A stretch of DNA of 55,707 bases from Azolla caroliniana (lineage: Eukaryota > Plantae > Polypodiophyta). The position numbers and the translations under genes are program-made. A model generated the notes under the pieces. It was not told where the DNA came from, ran no database searches, and worked only from the letters and a program-made list of their open reading frames with translations. Below, in pieces: positions 36,740-55,707 of the stretch; the first letter of the stretch is position 1; every line of letters begins with the position of its first letter. The stretch spans positions 1-55,707 of the forward strand of contig JBHGNT010000193.1 of the NCBI GenBank assembly GCA_043228905.1. The letters are read 5' to 3'.

Positions 36740-38504
36740 ATACACATGAGAAGATCTCAAAACAATATAAGCGTGTATCTACAAGCGTGTTGTTGACGAG
36801 GATCTCTCTCTCAAATCCCTTCTCAAAGATTTCCATGTGTGTTTGATGTAGCCTATCTACAGCTCTTGAGCTTCCACATGCTTTTTTCTTCTTCCTTTTT
36901 TCAAACAAAAGATACACCTTGGTATTATAAAATCATTAGCAATACAAAAGTTGATGGCTGGTTCAGTGAGAGCTTCCACATTCTTTCGAGATGAAAACAA
37001 AGGTTCATTAATGCTTCTTGACCAAATCCATTATCAACATATCCAGAAAGTAGAACATTTCATAACACATCATCCCGTGTGTAGAGAGACCCTTGAAGAT
37101 AATCCATGCTTCATGGGTTGCACCACATTTTTCATATAAGTCGACCAAACTGCTTCCAACAAAAAGATATTTTTCATATCCTTTCAGAAGGATTTCAGTA
37201 TGTATTTTTACCTTCATAGAGAGCATAAATGCTACTACATGCTTTTAAGACTGCAACATATATGCCACAGTCCACATACATATTTTTTAAATACATTTTT
37301 TCTATATAGTTTCCTACATGTGAGCTATATCCACAATATAAGAATCCAATAATTAGTGCGTTCCATGAGATGCCATCATGTTTAGACTTATCAAAAACCA
37401 TACATGCATCTAGAAGATACTCGCATTTGGCATACATATCAACCAACATACTAGCAATAAACATATCATTATCATATAATGGCAATAAGATTTGGATATG
37501 TATCTTTTGTCCAATACTAATTGACTTCAAATTGCCACAAGGTCTCACTATACATGCCAATGTGATAACATTAGGAAATAAACCATCTAACTAAATCAGT
37601 ATAAAACAATGTAACACTTTGTTATCTGGCCCAAACTTGTCATATCCTAAAAGTAGCGTGTTCCACAAGAGTAGATCTCGATTTGGCAATGAATCAAAAA
37701 TATATCGTGCCTTTGACATCAACCCAAGTTTAGCATACATATCCACTAGAGCACTAGCTACTAAAAAATTTGAATCATAACCCTCTTCTGCAATCTCCAT
37801 GTGTAATTTTCGGCATTTTGTGCATTTCTTGGCCCTTGCATAAACTTTCTATGTTCCGACAAACTTTCAAACCATATACAAATGTGAGGGCATCTTGGGA
37901 GATTCCTTCTAGCTCCATCTTCCCAAAGCATTTAATCTTAGGCACTTCTTCAATATGGATCAGTTTCTAACCCCTTTTTGCAAATTTCAAAATGGGAATT
38001 CTAGCCTCTTAACTATGTCGTAGCAACGACACATGCTTTCAATAGGTAGACATATGCAAGGACATTTCCAACCATACACTACATTCCACATACATGTCAA
38101 TCAAAGCATCTCCAATCACCGCATTCTTCTCAGCCTTTGTATGCAAGTATTGTCCCTTGAGAATGTCTACTTTGTTCCTACGAGCATTTAGGACACTTAT
38201 ATAGGTCACTGCATCAAGAGGGAATCCCATCATTTCCATATGTTCTAACAACTAACAAACATAGGGCTTCTTCAGTTGGCCCATATTTAGCATATCCACT
38301 AATAAGGGTATTCCATGGTATCACATGTTGACTTGGTAGACCCTCAAATACATCCCATGATAGCGTAAGCAAGCCACATTTTGCGTACATGTCTATCAAA
38401 GCATTACCAAGAAATTGATCTCTTTCATACCCATCTTTAGCAATCTCCAAATGTAATTTTTGACCTTTGTCCCAATTACCCATCTTTGAGCAAGCAACAC
38501 TCAT
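36740..38504 (-). pseudogene. Degenerate PLS-class pentatricopeptide repeat gene
   Basis: Fragments in several frames: GNALIDMYAKCG...WNTLISGY, ASALVDMYAKLG, SMLVDMYAKC...SWNALI, GSSLVDLYEKCG; many stops and frameshifts. Confidence 0.88.
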
Positions 38505-38790
38505 CCTTATAAAAAACTGAAGAAGTATGCTTCATCTTTCCACATCAACCATCTCGCTTGTTACCACCAAATTCTTGTACATACAACAACAAAATGAGTC
38601 TAGTTTCCTCATCTCCTCATGATCATATGCTTCGGCCCCACACCATCATCACTCATCCTTATCAAAAACATAAAATATCTTCAATAAGTCCACATCAACC
38701 ATCTCGGCGATTACCACCAAAATCTTGTACATATAACAACAAAATGAGTCTAGTCTCCTCATGAGAATATGCTTTGGGCCCCACACCAAC
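38498..38790. repeat. Tandem duplication of about 150 bp next to the PPR remnant
   Basis: actcatccttat...ccacatcaaccatctcg...aacaacaaaatgagtctagt...gccccacacca x2. Confidence 0.88.
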
Positions 38791-41700
38791 ATGCTTTTAT
38801 ACCTATTTACAATGAGGTTGGGCTCTTTTCATAGCAGGGTGACCATTTCACTACAAGCATTTTTTGTAAGATTTACTCTATCCCACGCTTTTTCTATCAT
38901 CCTCTTGAGCTTTATGTACATTCTTGGTGCCAATGTCTTCATGGTTCTTGATTCAAATGGCAAAATTTCCTTAATAAGGGTTTCTCCATTTCCTTAGGTT
39001 GAGTGCAACGATGGAAGGACATGAGATTTGTCCCCTAGGATTTGTTGTTAATCATGATTTACAAACGTAAAATGCAACGAAAACAAAGAAAACAAAAAAT
39101 TGACTCAACAATTAAGGTTGGTGCTAGTTATTCCTCACCTCCCTAACTTATACATAGTCGTGGGGGCTTACGAAAAGCCCACCATTAGCTTCGAGCGGTG
39201 GTTTTAAGCCTTCACAAGAATACTAAATATGTAGAGTCTTTTAATGTTTGTATTGAAAGCTAGTGTTACTCATGTGTTCTTCTCGAGGACCACCTTGAGG
39301 TCAATGGGTGGGAACATGTCATCATCAACCCTTTTATATGTGAGAGTGAGTGTCAATCACCCTCAAGGTACAAAACCTTAATCTTACTCCATAACTTAAT
39401 CACTTACACAAAACTAGATTTTACCACTTAATCATGAACATACTTTACTATGTTTTCGTATAATCAAAGAAGAGTGAAAGGTTAAGAAATGATTAACAAG
39501 CTCTAGCTTTCATTAGTATGCTTCATATCATTACAAGCTTTACAATGGGCTAATGATGGAGGGATTGGGAGTGTCACTCCCTAATTACAAACGCCATGTT
39601 ATACTTGATTGGATCGAAACACTTTCCTCTCCACTTCATGGAACAATCCAAGTGTTGAGGGTGTTTTAAGCCAAACTAAAATTAATACACAACTAATCAC
39701 TATATTATTAAGGATATTTTTTTCTTAGTTAAATAGATAACTATAAGATTAAAAACTTATGAATTGTATTAATTAAATAACTAAATAAAAAACATGTATG
39801 TCGCAATTAATTAATGTGGAAAAGCTACATGGAGGGAAGTAGTTCTTAGTTTATGGAAAAGGGAGAGAACAAGTATCAAAAGGTGGCCATGAAGTCAGGG
39901 CATAGTTCATTTTTTACATGAGAGCTCTTACACAAGTTGGAAACCCTAAAGGGTTCCTTCCAAAATACAAGCACATTGGGCGCAAGCCATTGTCACCTAA
40001 TAAAGAGTACTTTCCACAAATTATATATGTCAATGGTTTCAATCAATATTTGGCCTATGACCAATATTCTTGATAGAAAATGGTAAACTTCATAGGGTTG
40101 TTAAAATCAAGGAATATAACTATTTCCTTAACATAATTCTTTTTGTAAAATCACGCAAAATAACATGTTGTGAATTGTAGTACTCAATAATATGAGTGTT
40201 CCTAATAAATATTCTTCTATTAGTAAGTGCTTGTAATAGTGTGGACTTCACAAAACTTGTCTCGTATTTGTAAGTGATTATGTCTACCATTGATACAAAT
40301 AATTAGCCTATGTAACTAATGTATAGTTTTAAATATTTCATGCACACTCTACTCATGTTGGGTGGCTTCACTATTATTCAGCCTTTACATGAATAGCTTT
40401 AATAGACAATTTTAACTAATAAACCACTTTTAACTTTGATTGTGTAAAGATATTGCTCAAACTAATAGAGGTTCGTTTGATGCTATACTAAAGACGAAGG
40501 GTTTACAAGAAGATTTCATTGTATAATATATAAAAGGATATGGCATCGATATAAATATCCTTTTGGAAAACCTTGTATGTTTTTTTTTCAAGATTCAAAC
40601 ATGCACATGCATTTTAAAATTTGCCTCGTGTCCAAAATATTCGTAATAAATGTGTCAAAGTAAGTAACGTACAAAGTTGTCAAACACAAACAAGTAGTGA
40701 GACAATCAAGCAAGATTTTAAATGAGGCTTTCTCACTGATTTACTCATAACCATTTCATTCTTATTTGCACTTGTTTCATCATCTTTGTAATCATGTTCA
40801 TGTCAACCTTGACACTAGAGAAGTAGGGATCACACAATATGTGATCTTGTTATGAGTATATGATCACATAACATGCCATCCACATTATGTATGACTTTAT
40901 AGACAAAATATTTATACAAGTACGAGATCATACCGCACGTAGTCCGCAATATGTATGAACTCATCTTCAAAATCTTGATCCAAAGCCACAATCACTTAGT
41001 TGCTAGTTCATCGTATGTATCGAATTGTCGAACATGAGAATGCTATATAGAACACCAAATAACGACGATATGATATGTGGATGTTTTATAATGTTCTAAA
41101 TTGAGAAGATAGACGTAAACTTGTGTATGTTCATTAATAATCAAAAGAAGCTCATAAGTAATCTTAACTTAATTAATCATCTAAACATTCTTCTATATAA
41201 TTATTACATTTTATGCATGGGAATTTGCCTTTTCCCAATATAGTTATGATGTGAAGTCTTAATAATTAACAAGGCATATGAATTAGGTTAGTTAAAGCTA
41301 AGTCTTCTTAATCTCAGGTAAGGTCTATTCCCTTCAAATTTTTTGAACACTGCTTTCAACTATTACCAGTTTCTCAGAATGTTAAACTTTGGGGATTGGT
41401 TTTTCATTGTAGTTTTCCTGTGTATATACTTGACCACTTCATGACATGAGTATTTCCATTCATCATCTTCCTCATCTCATTCCCTGATGGCTCATATTGT
41501 GTTAAAAGAAGGGATCGTGCCTTTGAATCCCGAGGAACCTCTTCTCCACCATGCAAGCTTGCCACGTTCTATCCCATAGATGTATGGCCATCACACATGT
41601 TGATCTATTTGAACACACAACAAATTTTGAAGTGCATAGATAATGCAAATAAAGGTTTTTAGGACACAAGGGATTTGCGCAATCCAAGGAAACCCATGCA

Positions 41701-41803
41701 GAGTCGATGATTCTTGATGAAGTTGGAGAACCCACGAACATGACTCGTATATATTGTTGATCCATGACAACTTTCTTTCAAGTCTGAACCACGAATCTCT
41801 AGA

Positions 41804-41969
41804 CATAACTTTCTTCATGTCCAAGCAAGTGAATTTTGGAAAATCGATGAATCGTTATACATAACTTTCTTCATGTCCAATCAAGTGAATTTTGGAAAAA
41901 ACCAATGGATCTCTATACACAACTTTCTTCATGTCCAAGCAAGTGGATTTTTTGGGAAATCGATGAATA
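41804..41969. repeat. Three-copy 56-58 bp tandem repeat just 3' of the orphan ORF
   Basis: ca(t/c)aactttcttcatgtccaa(g/t)caagtg at 41804, 41860 and 41918. Confidence 0.9.
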
Positions 41970-41973
41970 TCAA

Positions 41974-42744
41974 TCAAGTAGTACCTGAATCTTTCCGTCC
42001 ATCATTCTCACGATCAAATACATAAGTTTGTCTTCTCGAATTAGCTTCGTAACCATTCTCGCGGTCAAATGCATAAGTTTGTCTCGACCTAGTTGCCGAC
42101 GCTACCGATGCTTGCTCTTCGAGGGTATGTACCTTGTCCACAAGCATGGCCTCGGATTTACGCAAGGATCGTACTTCCTGGGTCAATGCCGATGTTTTCT
42201 CCTTCTCGAGCTGCATCATCTTGGAGAGCTCCCACAGGAGATGGTCTGAATTCTCCTGTTTCCGTTGCATGGAGTTGATGTGTTCCAACATAAGCTCGAA
42301 GGATGAGGAGCTACCGATCGAACCATGGCTGTTCTCATCACCATAAGCCCTTCCTTCGAGGGAGAGAACTCTTTCTTTGAGGAACTTGTCCGACATGCGG
42401 AGCACTCGGATCTCGTTCTCCATGGCCCGGATCCTCTCCCTCTCGGCGAGCAAAGTAAGGTGGAGATCCTCGATGACTTCTTCCAAAGCTTCGGTCGGGA
42501 CAAAAGATCGAGTGGCAACCGCGAATTCTGAGGAACTTTGTTGTTGTTGTCTTCTTCGTGCTGTGGCCGAGAAGCTCGATTGGCGAGTAGGATTGGAGGA
42601 GGAGGCGATCGGCTTCTTGAAGAAGGCGTTGATCAGTATCTGTTTGCTTTGTTGAGGCAGCAGGCCGGCTATGGAGGAGAAGTAAGGCACGCCCGCGGAG
42701 AAGACAAAGAAACTCAAGGTAAAGAGAAGGAGCTGGAAATTCAT
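41974..42744 (-). CDS. Hypothetical 256-aa protein: hydrophobic N-terminus, two repeated coiled-coil modules
   Basis: Uninterrupted ORF, GC-richer than its flanks; modules ERERIRAMENEIRVLRMSDKFLKERVLSLE and EKEKTSALTQEVRSLRKSEAMLVDKVHTLE; no family recognised. Confidence 0.55.
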   Translation of the reverse strand: MNFQLLLFTLSFFVFSAGVPYFSSIAGLLPQQSKQILINAFFKKPIASSSNPTRQSSFSATARRRQQQQSSSEFAVATRSFVPTEALEEVIEDLHLTLLAERERIRAMENEIRVLRMSDKFLKERVLSLEGRAYGDENSHGSIGSSSSFELMLEHINSMQRKQENSDHLLWELSKMMQLEKEKTSALTQEVRSLRKSEAMLVDKVHTLEEQASVASATRSRQTYAFDRENGYEANSRRQTYVFDRENDGRKDSGTT

Positions 42745-42880
42745 ATACAGGAGGAGGTGGAGGATGGAATCGAGAGGTGAGACGAAATCCGACTGGACTG
42801 TCTGTCAAGGGTGAGGGATGGGAGGCAGATAGCAAGGCAATCTTTTCTGTTCATGGAAGGGTTTTAGGGTTGATCCATGT

Positions 42881-43237
42881 ATGAACATATTCAGAACGCC
42901 ATCATATATCACACACACATATATGCACACCAACAATTAGATAGCCTGAACAAAACAAAAAAATTTATCTGGTAATCAGAAGGATCCCATTCCCTTCCAA
43001 AATTTCATCATCATCATCTTCTCCTTATGATTATTATAGGTTCAAGATCTTGGATGAACATATTCAGACCGCGATCATATATCACGCACAAATATACACA
43101 CCTACAATTAGATAGCCTGAACAAAAAAAATAAATTTATCTGGTAATCAGAAGGATCCCATTCCCTTCTAAAATTTCATCACCATCATCATCATCATCAT
43201 CTTCGTCTTCTTCTTATGATTATAGGTTCAAGATCTT
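42881..43237. repeat. Tandem duplication of about 172-185 bp upstream of the orphan ORF
   Basis: atgaacatattcaga...aatttatctggtaatcagaaggatcccattccc...ataggttcaagatctt x2. Confidence 0.9.
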
Positions 43238-43563
43238 GCAGGGGAGGGAAGACAAACAGAAAACAAGGCGAAGAGAGGAGATTTCCTTGTGTAGGAGAGG
43301 CATGGCATGGCGGTCTGTGGTCTGTGCGTGTGCGAGTGCGTGTGCGTGAGCGTGTGTCAGCACGTGTATGTCTGTGTGTGGTGTGAACGCTCTGAACAGG
43401 AAGGAAATCGCAGGAAATCGCAGGGGAAACTTCTCGTGGGGTTTCCTCTGTTTAACGAAGGAAGAAAATAGAAAGAACAAACAAGATTGAAATTTTACTC
43501 AAATAAGAAAAGGAAGAAGAAAGTCAAGTCTCTAAAGGAAGGGAGGACCCAGAACAAGCTCGG

Positions 43564-43601
<38 letters not shown>

Positions 43602-44638
43602 TATTTTCCCAGTCCATATGTTGGTCCATAATTTCCCCTCTAGGCAACTGTACGCATGCACTCATTTGATTCGTCCGCTCCTCCTTTCGTTCTTTCCTTG
43701 TCCATTCGCTCGCCCATCCTTTCCCCGAAAATGCCCGTGCGTGCGCTTATGTTTTCACTGTTCGCGCTCCTCTTCATGATTCCTATTTCTCACTCTCCGG
43801 ATCGGCCCCTTTCGAGACTCATCCCTTTCTTTCTTCTCCATCCATCACAACTGACGCTTAATGAGCTCTTTTTATATTTGCGTCGAGTTCTACCCCTCCC
43901 CCCATTTCTTCTCTCTTTTAGGGTGGGGGTTGACCGATTCACACATGGCAAGCTCATTTCTCCACCTCTCTCTTCTTACAAGGGGCAACTTGACCAGTTC
44001 ACCACAACAATAGGGTCCACCATTTAGATGATGTGTGGACTACTGACATGGTACATGCATGAATCTTTGGCTTCCCCAAATACCCTCTCCATGTTGATGG
44101 ACTTGATGGACGTGACACCAAGGTTCTTGATCAAACAACAAGTCATTGTTGAATTATATCCCCAAACCTAGAAAAGACAATCTAGAGCCAAAAAAATGCG
44201 ACCAATCACCAATAGTGCACTTCCATTATCATGAAATCAAGGAACTCGTGAACCCTTTATTAGATGGTGATGTACATGAAGAGTACAACCTTCTGTCCAT
44301 AAGCGAATCATTTAGTAAATTCTACTAATAATGGAAAATTGAATGAACTAGGATCACATGCCCAATTCCATCCTTTAGGAAATAATATCACACCCACCCA
44401 AGGGGTGGACTTTTTAAGTCCCGTTGAATGACTTTATTGTACATTGTAAAGTATGTTGGGCTATAGAGTCTTGACACTTGCATGGTTATCAAACTTTTTT
44501 AGACTACATGCATAGATCATGCATTGTAATATGATGATGTATAAACCAAATGAATTAGAGATTTGAAATCAAAGCCAACCCATCACAGATATCAAATTTA
44601 CACCTTGTAACGTGCTCACTAATTTGACATCTATTCTC

Positions 44639-44910
44639 AAATGCATGCAAAACTGGATAGTTTCAAACTAGAGGTTTATAGTGATATAATATTTCAAACA
44701 AATCAATGAAAGACAAATCATATTTCAGTAATACATTAACCAATTGTTCATTTTATGTTGACGTCTATAGGTTGAAATGCATGCAAAACTGGATAGTTTC
44801 AAACTAGAGGTTTATAGTGATATAATATTTCAAACAAATCAATGAAAGACAAATCATATTTCATTAATACATTAACCAATTGTTCATTTTATGTTGACGT
44901 CTATAGGTTG
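44639..44910. repeat. 136-bp near-perfect tandem duplication
   Basis: Copies 44639-44774 and 44775-44910; one substitution seen (ttcagtaat/ttcattaat). Confidence 0.93.
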
Positions 44911-45735
44911 GTGTGACTTCTTCCGAGATTATATTCTAACTCTAGGTGAAGCGGATTACATCCTAAATCTAGTTCAAGCTTGCCATGTGATCTTCATTGT
45001 GCCTGGGAAGGACTTCTTTGCACAATTATGGGATTACAAGCTAGCGTACGCCCCAATTCCGACATGAGTGCCAACATTCAGACAATGTTTCATCATAAGC
45101 AATTTAATCTCATCTTTGCAGCACAAGCATAGAATCTTCACAAAATGTTTGTGGGGTACACTTTGCAACCAATTCACTCGTAAGCGCTAGAGACACAAAT
45201 TTGAAGACTAAGTATTTGATTTCCCCCCAAATTTTTGTCCTATAAACTTCACAACCCATTCCACTTATAAGAATGGGTGAGAATAAGTTTGAAACACAAG
45301 TTTCCAATTCTAATTCCTGTAAACTTTTGACGAAATAAACTGTACAACGCACTCAATTATAATAACTCGAGATGCAGAATTTTGGACCAACAGCTCTGAT
45401 TCCTGTCAAGCTCATCCATTGTACATAATAGCATTGCTATAAATATAATTCTGCCTTCCCACATTAACATGCATAGCCAGGAGAACAATAATGGTTGTAT
45501 AGAACAAACTAAAATGCTGCCGAAAAACTGATTCTCTTTCCTTGCAAGGTGTTCATCGAATCCAGTAACTGATTCTCTTTCCTTGCAAGGTGTCCATAAA
45601 ATCCAGATTGACGAATTTACAAACTCAAAATTGCGATGCATCTTCAAACTCAACCATATACATCAAAAGATCGAAGATTTTTTACAAATTCATGATTCAT
45701 CCTTCACTAGAAGTAATGTCACTAGTGAATCACAA

Positions 45736-46832
<1,097 letters not shown>

Positions 46833-48140
46833 GCTTGAAATGTTAAGCCTTCTTCTTGATTTGGTTGGTGAAATCAAACACTTGGGAAGAGTATTGAAAA
46901 GGGTCTTCCGGAAAACTCATTGCAATGCTAAACTAAGACATATCTTGATTTGATGAACTTGGGCGCTTGTTCCGATAAAAATACATTTGCCATACCATGG
47001 TAAAGGAACAAAATTTACTGAAAAAGTAAACCAGCATGGAGTTCTCTATATCGTTTTTGGTATTTTCTTGTTGTTCTTGATCGATTTTGATCATTAAAAA
47101 GGAAACTCTAACACTATCAGAACATTATTTTCCTTCAAACAATGTCTTTACTAGAAAATTGCAAAGGTTTTTATAAAAACATAAACATTTATCATCAAAG
47201 ACTACAAAGATGAACAGGGAAATTTGTACAGTTTCTCAACATTGGGTAATAAAGGGAATGTTAACAGTTTTGAATCGTTGGGTTGTAAAACAGGAATTCG
47301 CAAGGTCAAGACTTTAATATAAAATTAACAACCTCCAAATGTAAACTTCAATGCACATTTCAAGAAGAAAGGATAAATTTGGAAGCAAAGAAATCTGGAA
47401 ATCTGAAATCTGGATTACATACAGTAATGAGCTCACAAACCCATCGCTTCTAGTGTACAAATATTCTACTCTACCACGTTACATACGCATGTGTTTGGAC
47501 GTCATGTGATCGTTTCTAATATTCATTTTCATCTCACTATGTCTAAATTTTTTGTCAACTTCTGAAACCTAGAACACCATATACAACAAAATTTAAGAAG
47601 TAAATTTCCTTTCAACATACACCATCTTCCCAACAATGACAACAAAATCAATACCAATTCTATGAGTGAGTATCAAAAATTTATTGTTAGTTCAATAAAC
47701 TTCATACTTTTGCATAAAAATATGACATTCAATAAATAAACATAAGCGCACTGTTGAGAAGCATCACCTATATATATAACAATCTTCCAAGATTTTCACC
47801 TGGACCTGAAGTTGCTGAACAGAGTTCTTCATTGGTTTAAGAATAATAATAATATACAGGTGTTTAGGCAGAAAATTACATTTCCAAGCCTTCCCATCCA
47901 TAAACCAACACAATGAAGAGAAAAAATAGCAAATTAGTAAAAAGAATCAATCTGCAACTGTGGCTCCTTTAATAAAATTTTCTATCTAGGTCATGATCTG
48001 CAATTTGCAGGATCTTGGTTAATGTAAGGAATTGGCTTAAGGTAATTGCATGGGCTCACAGCAATGTATTCTCTAGAGCCATGACTCAATGTGCCTAAAA
48101 TCTAACAAAAAATTGTGTAAGATGGATTTCTCTTTCCCTC

Positions 48141-54991
<6,851 letters not shown>

Positions 54992-55707
54992 CTACGTTAC
55001 AAAACAATGTATTCCTGAGAATATACATATACTCAAATGACTCGGCAACTATGCAAAAGTGTCTGATGAATACCACTTTTTAAACACAGCAGCTGTTTTT
55101 TACCGAAGATAAATATAAGAAAGGTCTATTCTAACCATCATTACAGGGTCAACAGGTGGATAACAAATTAGTCATCCATATTGAGCTTTGAAACTTAATA
55201 AATAACTACAGTAATAAAGCCTAAAGATTTTAAACATTGCAAAATAAAACTCAAATAAATCCCCAGGTATAGATAAATTATACATAGAACATGAATGATG
55301 TAGATAATTTACGGTGATACAGAAATTTTGAGGGATCATACAAAACTAAATTTGAGGGTCTATATTCAAGTTTAAGTACTTTGGGCATACCTCAAATTGT
55401 AAGCTCATTGTTGCCCAGTATATTCTTTCTTCTTAGGCTTTTGGTATTTAAGAAATTAATGATTTCTTTTCCTTTTCTCTCTAGCTATATACATGCTGCC
55501 TATGCAAATGCAAAACCATAAGATTGCCATTAGAAATAATACAATTACAAAAATGCAAAAATAAAAACGAAATACACAGCAAAAATCAAGTCTGAGATTA
55601 TAAACAAAAAAGAGAGAGATGCCAAGGTTGCTCGAATAGGATACGCTTAAAGACTTGAAATGATAAGAACCAGTAGCAATGCGAATGAAGTCGAAAAAAC
55701 AAAGATT

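Noticed and set aside
38800-39700. Possible LTR or retroelement remnant
   Set aside because: No paired LTR, PBS, PPT or TSD could be identified.

Overview
Nuclear genomic DNA of a land plant (spliced genes, PLS-type PPR remnant, plastid-derived fragment; a non-seed plant such as a fern is plausible but cannot be shown here). Hand-reconstructed genes: TFIIF alpha/RAP74 (+, 7034-16728), an At3g49055-like coiled-coil gene (+, 18865-21648), an intronless mitochondrial dicarboxylate carrier (+, 24116-25117), TM9SF/TMN1 (-, 26718-33011), an orphan coiled-coil ORF (-, 41974-42744), VPS55 (-, 45736-46832; not seen as one ORF in the track) and queuine tRNA-ribosyltransferase (-, 48141-54991, 5'-partial). 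Mobile DNA: a near full-length APE-type LINE (about 1433-6860), two related truncated copies, a hAT MITE with an 8-bp TSD and a Ty3/gypsy remnant. Top observation: the true end of LINE ORF1 and the intact ORF2 are in the same frame, separated by a single UGA in the UGA-CGG readthrough context. A possible stem begins 8 nt downstream, and ORF2 has no AUG until codon 101, so the element may make an ORF1-ORF2 fusion by stop-codon readthrough. Second: a 252-bp tandem duplication in TFIIF alpha has built a new in-frame 42-nt exon with a de novo GT donor. All calls are by eye; no searches were run.
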